Part shown: positions 1 to 12,467 of the stretch, in pieces | Layout: each line of letters starts with the position of its first letter | How positions within the stretch are numbered: the stretch's first letter is position 1 | NCBI GenBank assembly: GCA_003427395.1 | Contig: BFEA01000018.1 | Location: forward strand, 3,239,461-3,303,460 | Direction: 5' to 3' | Origin: Chara braunii | Lineage: Eukaryota > Plantae > Charophyceae | DNA length: 64,000 bases | The notes under the pieces: generated by a model | What the model saw: only the letters and a program-made list of their open reading frames with translations | What the model was told of the DNA's origin: nothing | Databases searched by the model: none | Position numbers and translations under genes: made by a program

Positions 1-463
1 AAATGAGAGAGAGGTCGGCAACACTGCACCCAACACACCTTCCTTGCTCGTCTCACGGGCCCAATATTTGAGTCTTTTGAGGATAAATGCCTTGGAGGGG
101 TTGCCCCTCCAGCCTTCCAACGTCAGGCCATCGGGAGTGTGGTTTGCGGAGAGGCAGTATCCTGTTGTGGTGGCCTGAGGCCCAACACCCAATGCCCCTC
201 TTTTTTTATTCTGGTGAGGGGGAGGATGACAACCCCTGGTGGCATCACAACCGGGGCGTTGTCATCCTCCTCCAGTCCCACCAGTTGCCTCAGCCCTTTG
301 GGGGAAGTTTCAGAGCTATGGTCTTCGTCTGTCTCAACCAAGCATTCATCCTCGTCATTATGGATAATCTCAACCACCGTGGGATGTTGTTGAGGGGGGT
401 TGGAAGGGATCATCGCATATTTGTTGCCCTTGTTCTGCTGCTCGTCGTTTCATGAGTTGGGGC

Positions 464-585
464 GGTGGGCCCACAGCCTGTCAAATCTATAATTGGCCCT
501 GCTGCGGGTCACATCCAAGGTCTGGTGGGCCCACATCCTGTCGAATCAGTGATTGGCCCTGTTGTGGGTCACATCCAGGGTCTCG
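464..585. repeat. 60-bp tandem duplication inside the LINE ORF1 remnant
   Basis: ggtgggcccaca..ggtcacatcca(a/g)ggtct occurs twice; it encodes GCDPQQGQ twice on the minus strand. Confidence 0.85.
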
Positions 586-2810
586 TGTGGGGGGTGGGCT
601 GTTCTGGTGGCCTACGCCACCGTGATAGTTACCGCTTCCCGGCCCTGTAGAGGTCAGATCTGGGAGGGTATACAGCGTGTTACACAGCTCATGAATCAGC
701 ACTTTGGGCCAAGCTAGGCCTTTATGGAAGAAAGCCTTAGCTTGCGTTTGTGTTGGCCCGTGGGGTTTTTGGTCCTCCTCGACCCCAAATGTGTGTTTCG
801 CGTATGCTTCAATTTTGTCAAGAAACTCATTTACGACGAGGACGATCGCTGCCCCCACATCCATCCAGTCAATGGCAGTCACATTCTCGTATTTCTCCAC
901 CGTTGCCAACACTCGCGGACTGTACATTAGGACAGTTTTTGCTTCGCCCCAATGTTCGTTTTTTAGTCTGTCTGCTGGTCTGTCATCCGACAGTGAGAAT
1001 ATATTCACTAAAGTCCATTCCATGAGAGATTCTAGCTTTTGTTTGACCTCGTCGTTGGCCACGATAAGTCGGGGCGGAGAGCAGTCTTCCTTGCTCTTTG
1101 ATAGTACAGAGGTTGGCAGTTGAACTTCCATGTCCATAGGCGAGTATTGCTGGTGCTGTTCAGGCACCGGGGGGTCTATCAGGGCCGAGGTATCCATATC
1201 TTGGGTCTGGTGGTCTTCTATTTGGGGAATCGGCTCGTTAGCGATCGCCTTCAGCTGGTGTTTGTGGTTCTCAGGCATGTCAGTTTGATTTTCAGCTTGT
1301 TGTTGCCAGAACCTCTGTAGTTGTTCCTGCTGCTGCTGGAGCACCTGTTGGTGTTGCCAGCATAGCTGATGTTGCCATTGTAGGTGCATGTGCTGGAGGA
1401 GTTGTTGCTGCTGTATCGTTCTCTATTGGTGTTGTTGTTGGTGATATTGTGTTAGTTGGGCTTGCAGTAGGAGGTGGTATTGTTCGTCATGTTCCCTCTG
1501 CTGCATGGCCTGTTGCTGTTGAAGTTGCTGGGTTTGTTGCCTCGTTTGGAGCATCATGTGGAGTTGTGTTTGGTGCATGCCCTGTATTTCCTGATGTTGG
1601 GTTTGTACATGTTGTGCCTGCTGCAGTTGTGCATGGTGGAGTGAGTGGAGTTGCACTTGGTGATGGTGTTTGCAGGCCTAGGTGTTGTTGCTGGGCATTC
1701 TTCTGTTTCATTTGCTCCCACTCGTGTTGTGTCTGGTGGGTCAGCTTTTCCAGTAGCACTTGGCAGGGCAGTGGCTGTTGTTGTTGTTGTTGTTGTTGTC
1801 GGGCACCCTCCTGCTCTTGGCGTTGTGTGTGCATATCTGGGCAGGGAGGGATTTGATGCTGCAGCAGGGCTTGTGGTTGCTGCTGCTCGGCAAGCCCAAT
1901 CATGTGTTGTTGTTGTTCCAGGCGCAGCTGCTCAGTGTGTATGATTATGTGTTGTTGTTGTTCCAAGCAGAGCTGCTCAGTGCGTATCTGTGGCAGTTCC
2001 ATCTGTTGGGTCTGCATCTGGGTAGGGGACAGCGGCTGGTCCTGGTGTATGGTATCCTGCTCCCCGTACGGTTGGGAGATATCCGGGGTGTGGTGGAGCT
2101 GGGGAGGCCGCTCCAGTTGGTGTAGCAGTCGGGGCTGGTGATGTACCTGTCGTTCTTGTTGTTCCTCTATCACCCCTTTGAGTGACTTCCGGGAGGCAGC
2201 TTTTGGAATGTCGCTGGTCGTCAGCTTGGCAGGAAGGAATTTCCTTTCTCCTGTGATCTGAGAGACCTCTCTCGCTTGGGAAGTTGTCGCCACGGTGAGC
2301 GATTCCGTGAGCTGTCCAGTCCCTTCCAGGCCCTGGCTGTATTCCGCCAATTGTTGCTAGGGCTGCTCCCCGTCGTATTTGTGTTTGTGGTTATTGTCGT
2401 CCCCTCCCCCCTGAGGGTCATCCTGGGGGGGTGCGTCCTTAGTGTTGTGTGCCCAATTGGCCTGGATGTCAGTGCTCTTATCCGAAGTGTCCCCTACCTC
2501 CAGTCGAAGAGGCTGTATGTCAGAGTTGGCGTCTCGATGGAGAGGAAAGGCAACGCCTTTTATCTTATTGAGGAGCGAGTTCGCTTTAAGCCACATATGT
2601 TGCGGCGAGGGGAGTTTTGTGTTTCCCTTCTCAAGCCTCTCATCCTTGGGATCGTGTGCTTGGGCCGTTGCCTGTCCCCCCTCTGTGGGCTCCAAGGAGG
2701 CGACTTTACTGACAGATAAGGGGCTTGGTAGTTGTTGGCGGCCAGAGCTTATCGGTCGGGGGGGGCGCTGCTACGTCTTTTGCTGTCGGGAGTGGATTTG
2801 TGTTTCTACA

Positions 2811-2940
2811 TGGGTCACCTCTAGCTCCCCTTGTGCTGGAACAGCAGGCAGAGGTGCGGGAGGAGGCACGCTTTGGGTCACCTGTAACTCCCCTTGTGCT
2901 GGAACAGCAGACGGAGGCGTAGGAGGAGGCACGGTTTGTG
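2811..2940. repeat. ~64-bp tandem duplication
   Basis: tgggtcacct..ctccccttgtgctggaacagcag..ggaggaggcacg occurs twice. Confidence 0.85.
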
Positions 2941-5545
2941 GCTGCCGCCCTTCTTCTTTGTTGGTGGCTTGTACAGTTTCCGGTGTCATGTCCTTCCTCC
3001 CTCCACTGTTCCTCGCAGTCTGCAAGTCGGCCCCTCGCATCCTTCAGAACTACCGAGGCCAGGGGTTGTACTCCTGTGGTCGAGTGAGGTGTCTGTCCCT
3101 TACCCTCTGTCCGGTTCGGCCCTCCGCCATTCATGGTTTTGGCTGCAGCAGTCGTGTCTTGGTGCTGCGAGTCAGGTTTCAAGGTTTCCTTCCTCTTGAG
3201 TTGGTACTTTTTGCGAGGATGGGGGGGGCCTTGATTTGTAGGGGAAGGTCTTGAGTGGTGGGCATTTCCTTTTGATGCGATGTTCCCTGTTCGGTTCGCT
3301 GGGGGTCGGCCCTCACTTCGCCCACCTTTCTCCAATTCTAGGGTGGCTTCCTATTTGCCTTTGAGTTTGGTGTTATATGTGGTCTGCAGTTTGGCACCCG
3401 AGGGAAAAGCCTATGGTTTGTCACTGCCCTGCCATATCCATTTCCCGGGGCGGCCATCTGCATATGCCCTCAAGATCCATCCCTCCAGCTCCCGCTCCTC
3501 AGGATACCACCATTCCTCAAATGAGGGGTGGGGGACCACTAGCCCTTTGATTTTGGCTCTGGCCCTGTTTTTCGGGCATGAATCATATGTGCTAAGGTGG
3601 CCTCTATGTTTGCAGGCGTAGCACCACGGATCCTAGGTATGGCTGACCGGGACCGAGAATTTGTTTCCCCCTTGAGAGTACCGCCACTCTTCATTGAGGG
3701 GAAAGGGGTAATATGGGTCCCATTCCACTACCACTAGGAGTGAGTCATCTCTTTTTCCCATAAATTGGCACAGATCTGTGATGTATCCTTTGATAGGAGT
3801 TATGTTTTCCAAATCAGTTAGTATTGCTCCCTGCACACAAAGCGGAGTGAATCTGAATTCCACCCAAAAGTTGGACTTCATCAGATACTCTCTTCTTTTG
3901 TTAGTCGATTGCGGGTTGGTCGGTGACCACGCAGCCAGCTGCACTGGGCAACCCCTGAATTGCAAGCCCCTGTTTCTTAAGACTAGGTGTTTATCTGTAT
4001 GGTATAGGGCCACGACGGTAATGCAGTCAGGGTTATCTACCTCCACCAGAAAGTGGTCATGCACCAGCTGACGATCCTGCTTGATTCTGCCAAGCTTATC
4101 GGCGATCCATTTCACCTTATCATTAATCAGTATTGCTGACTGGGTCGATTGGAAGCGAAAGTGTACTGCCTTATGTGAGTAGATTGCATCCCGAGCTGCC
4201 TTTGCCTGGGCCAGATAGATCGAGTGGGAGTAGATGTATCCCTCCCTAACCTGGAATTTCTCTCCGGTTCCACACGCAGCTGTTGTATAAGGTGGCTCTT
4301 CAACGGGGCCATGGGATCCAAGGTGGAGGAGCTGAGCGCATCTGTTCGGGCTGGGGCTGAGAGCGCTCTGATCAGCTGGGGGGGTGGCTTATTGGATTTG
4401 TCCAGGCGGGCGGTTTCTTCCGGTCGAACGGCGCCCTGCTTCGCCACTTTATCCTTCTAGGTGTCACCCTCCTTTAACGGTTAGTATCCCATGTGATCCT
4501 CCCCCGCTCCCTGAGGCATGCGAGGTCCCATCCTCATGTTTGTTGTGTGGTTGGGGGGCAACTTGTTTTTGGCTTTGCTTTTGGCTAGGGGTCAGAGCTA
4601 ACTTCTTCGTCTCCATCTTCTCGCCCTTCATGCTCTTCTTTCACTGGCTTGCTGAACGTAAGGTATTCAATGTGAACCCTAATATGTCTTGTTTGCGCAT
4701 TTAGGGTGTGTGTTATCCGCGGTCAAGCCCAGTTATGTTTTCTTATAATTACGGTATGACTGGGCATTGACCACAAGCGGTCAATCCGCATGTGGGGGGA
4801 GTTTGTAGGGCCAGGTAGGGATGTGCAAGGTCAGGGCGGGGGTCAAGGGGGGGCGATAGTGGGAGAAGGTGGGTGTCGGGAAAAAATTCATGGGGCGTTG
4901 TTCGTCCTCTCTCTTCGTAACCGAATTGAATCTTCGCTGCGTATTCTGTCCGCTCCCAACTTCTCACCCCGCATCTATCACCATGTCGTGCGGTCGGTGT
5001 CGCTCCTCGATGCCCCTCTTCGTGTGTTGTCCTCTCTTTCACCTCACTCTTTCTCATCCGTCTTCCCTGCCAACTTCTTCGACGTTCTCTCCTCATGCTC
5101 GTTTATGCCGGGTTCCTTCTATCGTCAATGTCTGTGTCGTTTCTGTCGTCGGTATCAGTGTCTTGGGTCACTCCTGTTGGTATCGGTGTCTTTCAGCGTC
5201 TCTCCCTCTCTCTGCAGTGTTGTCTTTGTCTCTCGTTTTCAGTAGCGGCCTTTCCAACGTCCGTCGTTCCCAGCTTCTGCCAACCCCTTTCCATCGTAGC
5301 GATGTCCTTCAGCTTGCTCTCGTCGCAATCAATTGCACTGGCGTCAACGCATGATGTGCCCCCAGCGCGGAGGTTCCACTTCGGTTGCAGCGCAACCGCG
5401 GGGTAACATGTGCTCAAGCCACATGGCTATGGCACATCTATCTTACGGCCATATCCATCGGGTTTACGCGGATCTTGGCAGGCGGGCTTAGCCGTCCGCG
5501 GGGCGCAAGGCACTAGCGCGGATCCTGGGGGGCGGGCTTCATTGG

Positions 5546-5885
5546 GACAGCGTCTTCAGGGATTCGAGTGATCTTCATTTTTTTTTTATTTTTTTTTGAA
5601 TTTTTCGTAATGTCCTTATTGGTCCGCAGGTTGGCTGATAGGGCTTATGTGATGATGAGAAAAAGGAAGGGTGTTATAGGGTCGCCCTGGCGTACGAATA
5701 ACATTGAGAATCGAAAATGCGACAGCGTCTTCAGGGATTCGAGTGATCTTAATTTTTGAATTTTTCGTAATGTCCTTATTGGTCTGCAGGTTGGCTGATA
5801 GGGCTTCTGTGATGATGAGAAAAAGGAAGGGTGCTATAGGGTGGCCCAGGCGTACGGATAGCATTCAGATTCGAAAATGCGACAT
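5546..5885. repeat. ~175-bp direct tandem duplication
   Basis: gacagcgtcttcagggattcgagtgatctt...gaaaaaggaagggtg...cgaaaatgcgaca at 5546-5724 and 5721-5884. Confidence 0.9.
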
Positions 5886-6470
5886 TCCAAGGACTTCGGA
5901 CCAACAGTGCTACGGACAGAAAAGGTTGGCAGCGCCAGCCAAAAGAAACAAAACAGTGCTACAAAACAGTGTTGTGGCGGCTCATTTTTATTTGGCGCAC
6001 AGGGGGAATCTGCCTCGGCAGAAAGAGGCTTGGAGATGGTGGTGGTTTAAGGACCTGCTGAGCCATCAAGACACACTTCTTACACTATCAAAGGCATCCT
6101 TACCTCCTATACTCTTTTTCCCAATCTGCAATTTCGCCTGCCTCTAAAGTACTAAATTGTCCAAGGTAAGGGCTTATCAGGTGCTGTGAACTTTTTGTTT
6201 GTTTGTTTGTTTAATAAACGGTGTCGTGAACCTTCGTGGTCCAGTAGGCCAAGCCTTTCTATGACATTGTGTTACCCAGCACATTCTCATGGGTCGGTGG
6301 GTGGGTACTGGTGTTTTGAAGGGGTTCCAAGGAGGGATCACTGTTCACTTAGAGCTGACCATTGGAGCAAGCAAGGAAATGTTTGGTAGCCTCTACCACA
6401 CATGCAATCCCAGATATGACCATAAACAGTAGGTCCAAAGGGAGAATTCCCTCCAAGCCTTTCATATAAA

Positions 6471-6580
6471 CCCCAAAGCAGGAACTCCCTCACCCTCACA
6501 AAAGGAAGCTACCTCCACGCAACTAATCCCCGAAGCAGGAACTCCCTCTCCCTTACAAAAGGAAGTTACCTCCACACTAT
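6471..6580. repeat. ~57-bp tandem duplication
   Basis: cccc(a/g)aagcaggaactccctc..acaaaaggaag(c/t)tacctccac occurs twice. Confidence 0.85.
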
Positions 6581-9445
6581 TAATTCACGTGGCCCTGATG
6601 TGGTGGCCATCCTTTTTCTTTTTACTTAACAACTTCAGTTCAGGGGCCCCTCACTTAAAGGGGTGATAAAAGCATCCCCATTAAGTGGGTCCCCATTGTG
6701 AAGGCTCCATCTATTGGTGGGGAGCAGTACCTTGTGACGAACCACTTCCCGACCCCGTGCTATCTTTCGTACCCCTTGGCTCAATTCTTTCCTTTGCATC
6801 ATGTTGGCCCAACAAAGCCCCCGTCGCTTTCTTTGATTTCAGGTGCCTTGTTCAGGACCCCATTTTTCGGAGGTTCTATTGATTTTTGGAATTCTGCTTT
6901 TTGTAATTCGGGAAATGCATGGGAAATGGCGTGTGCCTTATCGAGCGCACTAGGAATCGGGATCGACAGTTAGGAATTTCGGAATAAGCGGAACCCGACG
7001 TGTCTTTTTTGTGCATGAATGTTCTCGGTCACGTCGGAAAAAACTCTAGGAATTTTGTGAGAATACGGACAGGCATAGGACTTTCTTTTCCCGCGTCGAC
7101 TTTCGTGCGCGGATATGGTGATTTCAATTTTTTTATTGATTTAGGACATAGGCAAGCTGTAACTGTTTTGGTGCCTTTTTCTTTTGTTGTCGGCGCCGCG
7201 CATGCGAGCTTCCTCCTCCTTATTTCCCGCGTCCTTCTTCCTCCATGCTCTTTTCTCTCTCCCTTCCCCCCCTCCTCTTCTTCTCCTATCACAACTGTTT
7301 TTCCCTCTTTCTGTTCTTTGCGCGCCTGTTTTCCCTTTCTTGATCATCTGAATCTTGGAGCCGTCTCGCGCTGCTTCTCGCGCCTCTTTCCTTCTCGCTC
7401 TTCAACCTTGGCTCGCGAAGCCCGGTTGATCCTTCGAGTACCCCCGCTCACCAATCAGATGCGTTGAGTAAGAGGATCTTCCTATTGTGCGACGAATCTG
7501 ATTGGCCGAACATTGGGTTCCGAAGGATCAACATGGCTTCCCTTGAGCACCCCTCGCTGAATCTTCTCCTCTTACACCTCGATTTCCCCTCTGTCTTCTC
7601 CCCCGTCTGTCTTCTTTCTCGCAACTATAAATTCCGCAAGCGCGCCCGCAACCCTCTCTTGCGTTTTCAACTCCCAAGCCAGCTTCCCGGAAGCAGTGGC
7701 TAGGTAATGCGTTTGGTGCGAGTCGAAAAGTCATGACGGGCTGACTGTAGGCTGGCCGGTTGCGAGCTTGATCGCCACGACGGACTGTGGGATCCGGGCG
7801 AGCCGTATCGAGCTTGCGTCAGCGGGGTGACGATCGCAGCGGCGGAAGTTAGCACGCAACGGCCGGGATCGTTGGTGCGGGTATGAGGATCGGTAATTGG
7901 AGTTGGATGGATGATTGGCCCGAGGCCATATTAGAATTTCACGTCGAATGCGCCTTCACTATTGCGGATCATTTTCTTTTGGTGTGAGTTCACGGCTGCG
8001 ACGCCGAGCATTCTCTTTTCAGATCCCAGTGTCTCCTGTCTCGACATTTCTCGTCTATCTCTCTCATCTCTCTCTTCGATTTGAATGATGATGTGTTATG
8101 AGTGTGTCTCTCCTATGAACAAAAGTGAATCCTCGTGATTTCCCGCGCAGAAGAACTTCTTCCGGAATTCTTCCATTAGTTTCGTGGGTAATCCCCGGAT
8201 GCAAAGGAACTCAATTTTCTTGTCTTGTGAACGGTGGATGCGTGTGTACTATCCCCCGATTTGTTTTTGATGCACCATTGTCATTTTCGCACCTTCCACA
8301 GTGGATATAGGCATGGAAAGGAAGACGTTTGTATGTGAATTTTGTTTTGGTTAGACCCAGAGCTCGACGGGATCTTGTTCGAGAATGCAAGAGTGTTTAG
8401 ATCTGTTGTTCTTAATGCATTGCGCATGCCTTATACTGCACGACATCTGCAGACAGTCTATGGGGCAGCCTCGAAAGAGCCAGGCGCCTCGGATTTTTGA
8501 TCTGGTCTGCTGAACCTGAGTCGCGGGTTGATCCCTCGAAACTCCAACTCGATTATTGCATGGTTGTACGGGCTTTGTAAGATGCTTCCCTCGTGGCGAA
8601 AGGAAGGAAAATGTTAGTTGGGTTTTACGATTGTGCTTTTTGATGACGTCCCGGGGTTTTTGCAAACTCGTTCCGATTGATTGACATGTGGACTAACGGG
8701 CGCACCTCGATTGGGTGTCAGCCTTCCGTGTCTCTCACGCCAACGCGCCCCTTCCCTTACAACAAGGAAAGGACACGTGTTTGCGAGTGGGACGTACGAG
8801 AAGTTGTCGCACGGATCGGTGGGCGATATTACTTCCCTCTCGAAAATCGTTGCTCTGGATTCGTGGACGCGGACTTTGTCATTGTCGATACGCTCTTCCC
8901 GCCTTACTCAGTATTGTTGCCATTTAACGAGTTGATCGTCATTCCGTGGATGGCAGTGGCGCCCCATTGGCCTCGAACTCTGTGCACCGAGTGCCAGCGT
9001 TTCGATCGCTACGAGCAAAAGGGTTTCCACTACCTTATACGGAGTGAAGACGAGCACAAGGAAAGAGCCACGCGGCTGAGACCCTCCACGTCGGACTCGG
9101 AACTGACCAATGAGCGACGTCGAGACTTGATACGGAAACGGGACACGCGGAGCATACCGAAGTCCTTTCGCTCTAAACGAAGAGTCGTAGCGTGGTAGGA
9201 AGTTCGACAATACTTTTTGGATTGAATTTGGGTTTTTCTCTTTTCGCGCCGTGCCCACGCGCGCATTCCGTGACGCGCGAAAGCAACCGACTTACTTCAT
9301 CGGGCCAACACGGGGGATTTCAGTTTTGTCTGTGTCCCCACACTCAATTTTCCAAAAATCCTTGGCACAACCATCTTGATGTTTTCCTGGGCCGTCTTTT
9401 CGGACCCTTAGCACTCCGAACGGAAGACAGCACAGGGCGTGAGGT

Positions 9446-9458
9446 TGGCATCGGAGCC
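9446..9458 (+). promoter_or_regulatory. Putative primer-binding site (tRNA-iMet type)
   Basis: tggcatcggagcc differs at 2 positions from the canonical TGGTATCAGAGCC. It follows gggcgtga, resembling the GGGCGTGACA LTR ends of chromovirus-type elements, and lies ~120 bp before the gag ATG at 9576. Confidence 0.55.
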
Positions 9459-9575
9459 GACACGTGTCGGTTCTGATGATAGTAAGTCGAGTTGGCGAGA
9501 GGTAGAAGAAGATCTCAACCTGCTCGTCGAGATCGCCCGGTGACCAGATCAAGATCTGGTGAGCCTAGACCAGCT

Positions 9576-11018
9576 ATGCCAATGGACGACGGCAACGCAG
9601 CCTCCCCTAGGGTGATTGTTAGTATTCCCGCCGCTTTTCCTTTCTTTCCTAATCACACCCACCCCGAAGCTTGGTTGGAAGCCGTCCAAGCTCAAGGATA
9701 TAGCGCGGAAGATCTCCCGCGCGTCATCACCTTGCTGCTTCGCAACACGGCGCATTATTGGTTTAGGAAACACAGATGGGTAGATTGGAACACCTTCAAG
9801 CAAGCGTTCTTGGCCAGATTTGATACGGTCAGCGAAGACGCCACTTGGTATGTGCTCAAAACTCGACCACAAGAACCAGGGGAATTGCTGCCTGACTTCG
9901 TGGATCACGTTGGACAAATTAGGGCGAGATGAAAATTTCGCCCGAGATTTGCTCATCGATCATCTACGAAATCCGGCGCTAAAAGCTAAGTTGCAGAAAA
10001 AGGTTCCCCCTAAAACGAACCAGTTGTCCGCTATTAAACCAAATCGCTCGAGTTAGACCTGACGGATACAAAGAAGTATATCAGTCAGGGAGACGAAGAC
10101 ATTAGAAATATGATTCAAGATGTAGCGGCGAAACGACGATCGTGGTTACGAGCCGTAGGACGATTCTATCCCCGGCCTGATCATGACCTTCCTGGAGGAT
10201 TCGCCTCTGATATCCCGCCAGCTCTTTCTCCCCCTCCTCCGACTCTCTCAATGAACCAACAGGTAGCAACTGTTAAACCCAGAAGCTCCCAGGATCCTGC
10301 CTCTATGTCCATAACAAATATGCACTTGGCACAGATGTTCCATACAACTACTGCCAAGCAATCTGAATGGATGAGCAATCTGGTCCAAATACAGGCGGCT
10401 CACATGGATCGAATGAAACAGACTATGAGCAGGCTAATTAAGCCCAACCCGGCTCCTGCTCGATCTACCCCTGCATCGTTCCCACTTTTGCCTGCCCCGC
10501 CTGCACCTGGACATGCGCCACAGTTCCCTCATGCAGCTAATTTGACAGGGAAGATCGAGTGTTACAATTGCAAACAGCACGGGCATTTTGTCCGGGACTG
10601 TCCGCAGCCAAAACGAAATCAGCCCCCACCTGTCGCAGCCCCCGTAGCTCTAAATCAAGGACGAGTAGCTGCACTAATGGATACGGCCCGAAATGAGGAG
10701 ATCATTGCGTACGCTCCTGAGCGATCTTTCCCCTCAATAGCAGTTGCATCGACCTCGGGGACTTCTTCTTCCGAAGATGCTGACGTGGTTGATCCGGTCG
10801 AATACCTTCATCTCGCCGGCATGGTCGGAGCAATCCGACCGGCCCAGGACGATCTTGAATGGGTCGAACGCGAATCTAACCCTGGACCACAGTTTCGGAC
10901 GGGAAAAATTGATGTACTACGAACGTTTAAGCAACTGGATATTCGCGTTCCGGTCCCAGTAGGACATTTGCTCACCATATCCGAAGATGCAAATAACAAG
11001 ATGTTGCAACAATGTTAG
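9576..11018 (+). pseudogene. gag: gag (capsid plus CCHC zinc knuckle), disrupted
   Basis: ORF pieces 9492-9932, 9820-10056 and 10110-11018 carry gag motifs and are separated by stops and a frameshift. Confidence 0.8.
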
Positions 11019-11174
11019 AAGAATCAAAAACGCTTTACATACCAGCGCATACAACGAATGTTGAAAAAGAAGAAGGAAGAAGGGTCAGAAGGTGTAGCAC
11101 CACCCGAACTCGAAGTTGGTGAACCCGAAGCGGCGTGAGTAGCTACGATTTCTTTAGCTGAGAAATATCATTTC

Positions 11175-12467
11175 GTGCGAGTTCGACCAGTGTTATGGAA
11201 AAGTGCAGAATGTGATTGTGAAGTATGGGGCAAACCTTTTAACGCCCTCATCGATACTGGCTCCTCTGCGGTCGCCATATCATTAAATACGGTGAAAATA
11301 ACGGGACGACTCAACTCGATTCTCCCTCAATATGGCAAAGACAATTACGTCTCTGCTGACAAGGAAGCAATGAATATCGTAGGAGTCATTGAGAATGTGG
11401 TCGTGAAAGTTGGACGAGTACACGTCCTCGTTAACGCCTTGGTCATAGATGTGCACTCATATTCGGTATTGTTGGGACTGCCTTGGGCAATGGCGGTAGG
11501 TGCCCGCATGCATTTCGATTCCAAACAGTTGGTGCTTACGCAAACAGGTGGAAAGCCCCAGACAGTTCCGTTGCGGATTTCTACCCAAGCAGTAAAAAGG
11601 AATCCTAACTCTGGTCGGATAGGGATGATTCAAGGTCCCGATCACGAGGAATTTCCATCTCCGGATGATAGTAGCGGATCCGAGGAGCAGGAGTGCGAAG
11701 AAGAGATGCCTAGTGAAAGTGAATGGAAACACTTAGTCGAACTTTTCGAGCACGAATCTCCAGAGGAATTTCGGATGGTTCCCAGAACCACACGAACTTT
11801 CCACTTGAGTCTGGAAGATAACACGCTCGTGCATGCGAGAGCCCAGGTCAGTTCCTCGACCTTTCTCGGGAAACCCATCTTGCAAATATTTGACCTAGCG
11901 GACGATTTGGAACCCCCTCGCATTTTGTACGAAGGAACACTTTCCCTCCAAGCACGCTATCAACAGGTGAAACAATACCTTGATGTTTCTGTTTCCCCTC
12001 CAAGGTCGCTACTTACAACAGGAGCGACCATCGCTCTGATAAAACGGAAAGTTGAAGTTCCCGTCGACGATGTGCCCAATCTAATGCAGGAAATGGTGGA
12101 TTTAATAGGACTAACCGTGGAAGAAACTACGGCTGATTCGGAAACTGACGCCGAAGTTGAAGAAACCGAGATGATTAGCCCTGCCGAATCCCAGATGATT
12201 GCGATTGTATTTTCTGTTCGCACTAGCAGCTCTATTTTCTCTAGCGTCCATGACCGACGAAATCAACCTGATGATTGGATCGACATGCCTCTTGAGATAC
12301 CCGATCGACCGACAGTCACTCTCCCGAATCACGTTGTAGGGCCAAACCCCGGTAGACTTTCGAGCCTTGGTCGACCCCACTACGGGTCCCAGTTGGCTCG
12401 GCCCGCCCACGCTCATGCTCAGGGCGCGGGCCGTTCGTCCCGAGGTCACCCCCACGTAGTGCTTTGA
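11175..12467 (+). pseudogene. Retroviral-type aspartic protease plus acidic linker (5' part of pol), truncated
   Basis: FNALIDTGSSAVAIS ... VLLGLPW retropepsin signature; no RT motifs downstream. Confidence 0.8.

Larger units (their letters stand above)
1..4700 (-). mobile_element. Decayed non-LTR retrotransposon (L1-clade LINE) ORF1 region: DUF4283/RRM-like part, CCHC zinc knuckle and a very long Q/P-rich C-terminal part; runs off the left edge
   Basis: ORF 3633-4115(-) has L1-ORF1-like motifs (GCPVQLAAWSP, FWVEFRFTPL). Reading through the TAG at 3633-3635 gives DPWCYACKHRGHLSTYDSC, a CX2CX4H-type knuckle. Same-strand fragments 2357-2695, 1487-2350, 1423-1656, 487-1389 and 123-413 follow, broken by stops and frameshifts. 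Confidence 0.7.
6849..12467 (+). mobile_element. Truncated Ty3/gypsy LTR retrotransposon: putative 5' LTR, PBS, gag and protease; no RT/RNaseH/integrase seen
   Basis: Retrotrans_gag-like segment (HPEAWLEAV..WFRKHRWVDWNTFKQAFLARF), zinc knuckle CYNCKQHGHFVRDC at 10560-10601, and aspartic protease ALIDTGSS near 11250. The left boundary (tgttcaggacccc at 6849) is only a guess at the LTR start. Confidence 0.75.

Noticed and set aside
487-2350. Host polyQ transcription-factor gene
   Set aside because: The frames are collinear with the upstream LINE ORF1 motifs, are disrupted, and show no recognisable host domain.
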